A stretch of DNA of 64,000 nucleotides from Spirochaetia bacterium. Its GTDB lineage: Bacteria > Spirochaetota > Spirochaetia > SZUA-6 > Bin103. Where the stretch lies: assembly GCA_965199955.1 (NCBI GenBank), contig CBDATQ010000001.1, positions 832,001 through 896,000 on the forward strand, read 5' to 3'. The notes beneath the pieces were generated by a model, which saw nothing but the letters and a program-made list of their open reading frames with translations, was not told the DNA's origin and did not search any database. The number at the start of each line of letters is the position of its first letter. Position 1 is the first letter of the stretch. The position numbers were made by a program, and so were the translations under genes. This document shows, piece after piece, positions 58,225-64,000 of this stretch.

Positions 58225-59880
58225 ACGAAGATAGTACCGTCGCGCCCGCGTATTGCCCTCGGCACGCACCAGCCCCGCCTGTTCGAGCTTCCTGAGCGTG
58301 CGGCGCACGGCAGCAGCCGAAGCCCCGAGCACCCTGACGCCCTCCGTGGTGGAGAGGCTGCCACGGCGGCGTATCTCATCCAGCAGCGCCTGCGAGCTGG
58401 TCTTGTCGGCGCCGCCGGCCGTCCGGACGATCCAGTCGGAAAGCACGTAGCGCGAGCCGCCACGCGCACCGACACGGGTCAGCAGCCCGTTCGCGTGGGC
58501 GCCGGCGAGTAGCCGCTGGATGTCCACACCGGGCATGGCCTCGCGAAGCTGGCGGGGAGTGGTACTTCCACCCGCTTGTCGCAGTTCGAGGAGCAGGCGG
58601 CGTTCGTCGGCACTCAGGTGCATTCCGGCAAGCCCTTGCAGCCACAACTGATCCGCCACGTCGATCACGCTGTGGCTGTACAGCGTCACGGTCACCGAGC
58701 TGTCGGTTGCGGCAAAGACCGGAGGTTCGAGCAGCCGGGACTCCATTTCCCGGTACATGCGCTCGATCCCCTCGCCGTACTCTTCTACCAGGCCGAGCGT
58801 CTTCAGAACGCGCATGATGCGGGGATTGCGGCTGTAGTGTTCGGCGCGCATGTTGTCGAGGGTGATGTGTCCGGGCAGCGGCCCGGGGCTGTGAACCTCG
58901 ACCCGATCGTCCCAGACGGTGATGTCCACCGTACTGCCATGCAGGCCGTAGTCGCGGTGTGCGAGCGCGTTGACGATGGCTTCACGCAGGACCGCCCGCG
59001 GGTATGCGGGCAGCACCTCCCGCCGCGAACCCGTGACCGCTTCCACGTGCCGCGTGTGGTCGGCGATGAAGCGCAGGCAGCAGTCGACCGTGCCTGCGAG
59101 CGGTTCGGAGCACTCCTCGCGAGCGGCGGCGGGCCCCGGGCCGGCACCCACGCCGACGCGGCGTACAAGCTGCACCGCCGCGCCGCGAATGAAGTCACGT
59201 GGTGCTGCTGCGAACAGAACCACGGCGGCCTTCAGCACGCTGGTCGCGAGCGGCGGCGGCGCACTGGCGGCAACGCCGAGGTCGACCAGGGCGCGAGGCA
59301 ATTGAGTGCGTCCTGCCGGAGATCGCCCTTCTGCCGCCAGCGCCTGGTGTATCGCGTCCGGGCTGAATGCTCGTTCGTCGACGGCCGCAAGGGGCTCGTC
59401 TTCGGCCGATCGGTGCTCCCGCTCGCGGACGAACCGGCCCATGGCGTCGCCGCGAATGGGCTGCGAGTCGCCGCCGACGCGTCGAAGCAGCCGGCCGTCG
59501 GGGTTGGTGACGATCCGTCGGCGCACCTCCGGCACGGCGGTGATCGTCAGCTCGTGCTGTCCGACGACCACGGTGCGGACCTGTACGTCGACGCCGCACT
59601 CGGAGGCGATCCGGGTGATCCGGTCCTGGGTGTTCTGCGACAGCGGACAGCCGACGATGGTACGGCGGTCGTCGACGCCGTGGACGATGAGGCCGCCGTG
59701 CGTCATGGCCATGGCGGCGATGGTGTCTTGGATGCCGGTCGAGACGCCCCGCTTGAAGTCGAGCTGTTCGTGCTCGACCACGCCGAACAGGGCCCAGAAC
59801 GCCTCGTCGGTGAGCGTTCGGGGAATGTCACCGAGCGAAGGCAGGGTGCTCACATTCGCATGATTATCGAATCTTTTCAC
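58222..59880 (-). CDS. AlbA_2 (Schlafen-like) + HATPase_c_4 (RecG-C-like) + wHTH protein
   Basis: EHEQLDFKR, IAAMAMTHGGLIVHGVDD, LREAIVNALAHRDY, SPGPLP, SRNPRI, EEYGEGI, two C-terminal wHTH-like segments. Confidence 0.85.
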   Translation of the reverse strand: MKRFDNHANVSTLPSLGDIPRTLTDEAFWALFGVVEHEQLDFKRGVSTGIQDTIAAMAMTHGGLIVHGVDDRRTIVGCPLSQNTQDRITRIASECGVDVQVRTVVVGQHELTITAVPEVRRRIVTNPDGRLLRRVGGDSQPIRGDAMGRFVREREHRSAEDEPLAAVDERAFSPDAIHQALAAEGRSPAGRTQLPRALVDLGVAASAPPPLATSVLKAAVVLFAAAPRDFIRGAAVQLVRRVGVGAGPGPAAAREECSEPLAGTVDCCLRFIADHTRHVEAVTGSRREVLPAYPRAVLREAIVNALAHRDYGLHGSTVDITVWDDRVEVHSPGPLPGHITLDNMRAEHYSRNPRIMRVLKTLGLVEEYGEGIERMYREMESRLLEPPVFAATDSSVTVTLYSHSVIDVADQLWLQGLAGMHLSADERRLLLELRQAGGSTTPRQLREAMPGVDIQRLLAGAHANGLLTRVGARGGSRYVLSDWIVRTAGGADKTSSQALLDEIRRRGSLSTTEGVRVLGASAAAVRRTLRKLEQAGLVRAEGNTRARRYYLR

Positions 59881-59905
59881 TCAAATCAATCTATCTATGA
59901 TTTGA
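59881..59905. promoter_or_regulatory. Inverted repeat TCAAATCA-N9-TGATTTGA, probable operator
   Basis: Perfect 8-bp arms in an AT-rich patch directly upstream of the AlbA/HTH gene. Confidence 0.5.
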
Positions 59906-60044
59906 TTGGAAATATTGTAAAATCTTTTGGGACGGTTGCGGCGACTCCCGAGCCCGGCCGTTTCCGCCACGGCGATCCAGGACGCTGGCGGGACGCTCCG
60001 TCGGTTGTCGATGGCGGGGGCGAGCTATTATGCTCGGCAGCGGC

Positions 60045-61397
60045 ATGACATACCATCTGGTGTCGTTCGGCTGCCAGATGAACCTCTCCGACACCGAACG
60101 GATCGCCACGGTGCTGGACTCCGCGGGGTTCGCGAGGACCGAGCGAGAGGAAGACGCGGACCTGATCGGCGCGATCGCCTGCTCGGTACGGCAGCGGGCG
60201 ATCGACCGGGTGGACGCCCGCATCGAGCGCTGGAACTCCTGGAAGGCGCAGCGCCCCCTGCTCACCTTCGTCTCCGGCTGCGTATTGCCGCACGACGAGC
60301 CGCGGCTTGCCGGAAAGTTCGACTTCCTGGTGCGCACCGCCGACGTGCCGTCGCTCCCCGACCTGATCCGCCAGGACGGGTTGGTGACCCCCGCCTCGGG
60401 CGCCGGCTATCTGGGCACCGACGACGCCTTCTGGAAGATCATCCCGCGCTACTCCTCCGACCACGCCGCCTTCGTGCCGATCCAGAACGGCTGCGACAAG
60501 CTCTGCACCTTCTGCGCCGTGCCCTACACCCGTGGGCGTGAGGTATCGCGGCCGTCCGCCGGGATCCTGGACGAGGTGGGGCGCCTGGTCGGCCGCGGCT
60601 ACAACTCGATCACCCTGCTCGGCCAGAACGTCAACTCCTACGGCACCGACACGTCGGGTGAGTGCAGCTTCGCCGAGTTGCTCGACCGCGTGGCCTGCCT
60701 GTGCGAGAAGGCCGGCCGCACGATATGGGTCTACTACACCTCTCCGCACCCACAGGACATGACGACCGAAGTGCTGGAGACCATGGCCGCCCACCCGTCG
60801 ATCGCCAAGCAGGTGCACCTGCCGCTGCAGTCCGGGGACGACAAGGTCCTGATCCGCATGAACCGCAACTACCGGCTTGATCGCTACCGCCGCATCGTCG
60901 ACGACATCCGGCGCATCCTGCCGCAGGCAACGCTGTCCACGGACGTCATCGTCGGCTTTACCGGCGAGACCGGCGAGCAGTTCGAGCAGACCCGCCGCGC
61001 GATGCGCGAGTTCCGGTTCAACATGGCCTACATCGCCGCCTACTCGCCGCGTCCCGGCGCCGCCAGCTCCCGCTGGGCGGACGACGTGCCGGCCGCGGTG
61101 AAGAAGGAGCGCGTGCAGATCCTCTCCGACGAGCTGCAGCGTTCGGCCGGCGCCTACAACGCCGCCCTGGTCGGCAGCACGCTGCCGGTCCTGGTCGAGG
61201 GGCCGGCCCGCCGCGCCGGTCATCTGACGGGTCGTACCGAGGGACGGGTGATCGTCCGCTTCCCGGAGCGGGCCGGCGTCATGCCCGGCCACATCGTGCC
61301 GGTGCGGATCACGGGCGCCGCGCCGCTCTCCGTGGAAGGGGAGGCCGAGGCCGCGCCCGGCGAAGCCGACACGCCCGCCTGCGAGCTTGCCTCATGA
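60045..61397 (+). CDS. miaB: tRNA-2-methylthio-N6-dimethylallyladenosine synthase
   Basis: FGCQMN, ACSVR, CDKLCTFC, VPYTRGRE, LLGQNVNSY, HLPLQSG, YSPRPG, TRAM domain. Confidence 0.93.
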   Translation: MTYHLVSFGCQMNLSDTERIATVLDSAGFARTEREEDADLIGAIACSVRQRAIDRVDARIERWNSWKAQRPLLTFVSGCVLPHDEPRLAGKFDFLVRTADVPSLPDLIRQDGLVTPASGAGYLGTDDAFWKIIPRYSSDHAAFVPIQNGCDKLCTFCAVPYTRGREVSRPSAGILDEVGRLVGRGYNSITLLGQNVNSYGTDTSGECSFAELLDRVACLCEKAGRTIWVYYTSPHPQDMTTEVLETMAAHPSIAKQVHLPLQSGDDKVLIRMNRNYRLDRYRRIVDDIRRILPQATLSTDVIVGFTGETGEQFEQTRRAMREFRFNMAYIAAYSPRPGAASSRWADDVPAAVKKERVQILSDELQRSAGAYNAALVGSTLPVLVEGPARRAGHLTGRTEGRVIVRFPERAGVMPGHIVPVRITGAAPLSVEGEAEAAPGEADTPACELAS

Positions 61398-62710
61398 GCG
61401 CCGCCAGGACCGCCGTCGGCATCGGCGACATCGCCCTGTACCTGCCGTCGCTGCAGGTCGACATCGGCGCGCTCATCCGCCGCCGCATCGAGGAGAACCC
61501 GCTGCTGCGCAAGGCGCTCAAGCGGGCATTCGAGTACACGCAGCAGGAGAAGGTGCGCTTCCCGGCATGGTGGGAGGATTGCGCGACCATGGCCGCCCAG
61601 GCAGCCCTGCGGCTGCTGACGCGCGGAACCCTGTCGCTGGCCGACCTGCGCTACCTGGCCGTGGGCACCGAGACCACCGTTGACCACAGCAAGCCGGTCG
61701 CCGCCTACGTCGAGGGGATGCTGCAGGAGGCCGGCTGCGAGGTGCCGGAAGGCATCTCCACCTTCCAGATCCAGCACGCCTGCGCGGGCGGCATGATCTC
61801 GCTGCTGGCCGTGCTCGCACTGCTGGCGCTGACCAACCGGCCGGCCGAGAGCGGCGTCGTCGTCTGCTCGGACGTCGCCCGCTACGACGCCGCCTCGACC
61901 GCGGAGCTCACCCAGGGCGCGGGCGCCGTCGCCATGAGCGCCTGCGTCGACCCCAAGCTGCTGGAGATCGACGTGGCCACCGCCGGCTACTCGTCGAGCG
62001 ACGTGGACGACTTCTTCCGGCCGCTCGGCTCCGACACCGCTCGCGTGAAGGGCGGCTACTCGCTGAAGTGCTACAAGCAGGCGGTCAGCCAGGCGCTGCT
62101 CGACCACTGCGCGCGCGCCGGCCGGGAACCGCGCGAGGTGCTGGCTGCCACCGATGCGTTCGCCCTGCACAGCCCGTTCATGACGCTGCCGGTGGAAGCG
62201 ATGGGCGAGTTGATCGGCCGGCATCTGAACCTGGACGAGGCCGCCAGCCGGGCGTTCCTGGCGGAGCGCGATCTGGACGCGGCCGTCGCACCGGTGGGCC
62301 AGATCGGCAACATCTACTCCGGCGCGCTGTTCCTGGGGCTGGCTTCCGTGCTCTGGAAGCGCTACCGGCGGCTGGGCGACGACATCGTGGGCCGCCAGGT
62401 GCTGCTGTTCTCCTACGGTTCCGGCAACACGGCGGTGGTGGTCGCGGGCCGCGTGGCCGCGGGAGCCCCCGACGTGATCCGGTCCTGGACCCTGGAAGAG
62501 GAGCTCGACCACGCGGTCCCGGCGACCTTCGGTCAGTACGACCGGTGGATGGGGGGCCCCGAGTCAGCGCCGAACAGGGCGGACGGCGCGGCGTCGGACG
62601 ACGGAGCCGTTGGTGACGACGAAGTCGTGCCGGCCAAGCGGTTCTATCTGAGCGGCATTCGCGATGACGGCTACCGCCTCTACGACTACCAGAGAAACGC
62701 ACGCCAGTAG
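61394..62710 (+). CDS. mvaS: Hydroxymethylglutaryl-CoA synthase
   Basis: GTETTVDHSKP, QHACAGG, ELTQGAGA, DFFRP, HSPF, GNIYSG, FSYGSG. Confidence 0.92.
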   Translation: MSAARTAVGIGDIALYLPSLQVDIGALIRRRIEENPLLRKALKRAFEYTQQEKVRFPAWWEDCATMAAQAALRLLTRGTLSLADLRYLAVGTETTVDHSKPVAAYVEGMLQEAGCEVPEGISTFQIQHACAGGMISLLAVLALLALTNRPAESGVVVCSDVARYDAASTAELTQGAGAVAMSACVDPKLLEIDVATAGYSSSDVDDFFRPLGSDTARVKGGYSLKCYKQAVSQALLDHCARAGREPREVLAATDAFALHSPFMTLPVEAMGELIGRHLNLDEAASRAFLAERDLDAAVAPVGQIGNIYSGALFLGLASVLWKRYRRLGDDIVGRQVLLFSYGSGNTAVVVAGRVAAGAPDVIRSWTLEEELDHAVPATFGQYDRWMGGPESAPNRADGAASDDGAVGDDEVVPAKRFYLSGIRDDGYRLYDYQRNARQ

Positions 62711-62824
62711 GACTCCATGGCGATGGCGCGTGAGCGCCATGGCCGATGGAGTCCGTAGCGGAGGTGGGGATGCGCCAACAGCGGAGCTGCAGGCGACGGT
62801 GTTGGGGCGGTAGCTCCTTACCTT
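62710..62824. other. Two long stem-loops in the mvaS-mvaA spacer
   Basis: GGACTCCAT..ATGGCGC-GTGA-GCGCCAT..ATGGAGTCC (62710-62754); GAGGTGGGGA..CCAACA..TGTTGG..TCCTTACCTT (62761-62824). Confidence 0.5.
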
Positions 62825-62883
62825 CGAGGCGGTAAAGGCGCGATGACGGATGGTACCGGCCGGCGCCGGCTGAACGACACGCC

Positions 62884-64000
62884 GTGACCCTGCCCGAGGG
62901 CTTCCGCTACGCATCCATCGCGGAGCGGCGCGTCATGCTGCGGAGCGCCGCCGCCGCCGCCGGGCATCCGCTCGGCGATGAGGAGGAGGCGGCCACCGGT
63001 GCGCCGGCCGGCGCGCTGGACCTGGCCGACCTGATGGTCGAATCGGCGGTCGGCGTGCTGCCGGTGCCGGTCGGCGTCGCCGCGGGGTTCCTGATCGACG
63101 GCCGCGAGCTGGCCGTGCCGATGGCGACCGAGGAGCCGTCGGTGATCGCCGCCGCCACCCACGCCGCCCGGCTGGTGCGCCGCGGCGGGGGGTTCGCAAC
63201 GAGCGGCGGACTGCCGCTGGCGACCGTGCAGGTGTTCGTCGACCGCGCGGCGGGCGCCGCTGAACGCGTGCGTGCAGCCGAGCCCGAGATTCGCGAGCGG
63301 GTGGACGCGGCGGTGCCGTCGCTGGTGGCGCGCGGCGGCGGCTACCGCGGCCTGCGCGTGGTGCCCCTTCCGGCGAGCGGCGTGCTCAAGGTCGAGGTGG
63401 ACCTGGACGCCCGTGACGCGATGGGCGCCAACAAGGTCAACACCGCGGGCGAGGCGCTGCGCCCCCTGCTGGAGCGGGCCGCCGCCGGCGGCACCGTGCT
63501 GATGTCGATCGTCACCAACGCAGCGCGCCACAACCTCTGCACCGCCCGGTTCTCCTGCCCGGAAGAGCACCTGGCGCGCGCCGGGCGCAGCGGCGCGGAG
63601 ATGGCCGAACGGGTGGTGCGCGCGACCGCGGTAGCGGGCGAGGATCCCGGCCGCGCGGTCACCCACAACAAGGGGATCATGAACGGCATCGCCGCGGTGG
63701 CGCTGGCGACCGGCAACGACACGCGGGCCGTGGAGGCTGCGGCCCACCTGCACGCCGGCCGTTCCGGAACGTACGGGCCGCTGTCCGCCTATGGCCGCCA
63801 AGATGGCGAGCTGGTCGGCACGTTGTCGGTGCCGATTCCGCTCGGCTCGGTGGGCGGGGCGACGAGCGTTCATCCCGGCGCACGGTTCGCCCTGCAGGTG
63901 CTGGGCAACCCCGGTGCGCGGCCGCTCGCCCGGATCGCCTGCGCGGTGGGGCTCGCGCAAAACCTGGCGGCGCTGCTGGCGCTGGTGGGAGATGGGATCC
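62884..64000 (+). CDS. mvaA: Hydroxymethylglutaryl-CoA reductase (class II), 3'-partial
   Basis: Not in the ORF track because it runs off the end; own translation gives MVESAVG, PMATEEPSVIAAA, DAMGANKVN, THNKGIMNGI, ATGNDTRAVEA, GLAQNLAAL. Confidence 0.92.
   Translation, partial: MTLPEGFRYASIAERRVMLRSAAAAAGHPLGDEEEAATGAPAGALDLADLMVESAVGVLPVPVGVAAGFLIDGRELAVPMATEEPSVIAAATHAARLVRRGGGFATSGGLPLATVQVFVDRAAGAAERVRAAEPEIRERVDAAVPSLVARGGGYRGLRVVPLPASGVLKVEVDLDARDAMGANKVNTAGEALRPLLERAAAGGTVLMSIVTNAARHNLCTARFSCPEEHLARAGRSGAEMAERVVRATAVAGEDPGRAVTHNKGIMNGIAAVALATGNDTRAVEAAAHLHAGRSGTYGPLSAYGRQDGELVGTLSVPIPLGSVGGATSVHPGARFALQVLGNPGARPLARIACAVGLAQNLAALLALVGDGI

Overview
High-GC bacterial chromosomal segment, very gene-dense. 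Solute-binding-protein leader style plus mevalonate genes tentatively suggest a high-GC spirochaete (inference only). No rRNA, tRNA or CRISPR array was seen. Layout: (1) 1-14.8 kb catabolic region with GNAT, a phytoene-dehydrogenase-like oxidoreductase, two PhyH dioxygenases, HpcH aldolase, three SDRs, VOC, an internally deleted MFS, an FG-GAP protein, a CUT1 sugar ABC and an epimerase. (2) Opp/Dpp-type and RhaS/LsrB-type ABC systems, ABC-F, hydantoinase A/B and an intact VapBC. (3) trxB, sodA, dus and lipA. (4) A ~12 kb divergent cluster (38.2-50.3 kb): Udp-like protein, YjbQ, double-SIS protein and PfkB kinase on one side; nucleoside hydrolase, CUT1 ABC and two large ADP-ribosylglycohydrolase-family proteins on the other. 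Three of its enzymes carry non-canonical active-site residues, making it the best candidate for an undescribed catabolic pathway. (5) iscA, cupin, a Cys-rich unknown and queG-mnmE-mnmG-FNR. (6) A 1 kb patch of IS1634/ISNCY ends and gene scraps, an AlbA(Schlafen)-HATPase-HTH gene, then miaB, HMG-CoA synthase and HMG-CoA reductase (partial). Several intergenic spaces are deletion-scarred gene remnants, notably of toxin-antitoxin modules. All family calls come from motif recognition by eye; no database search was run.
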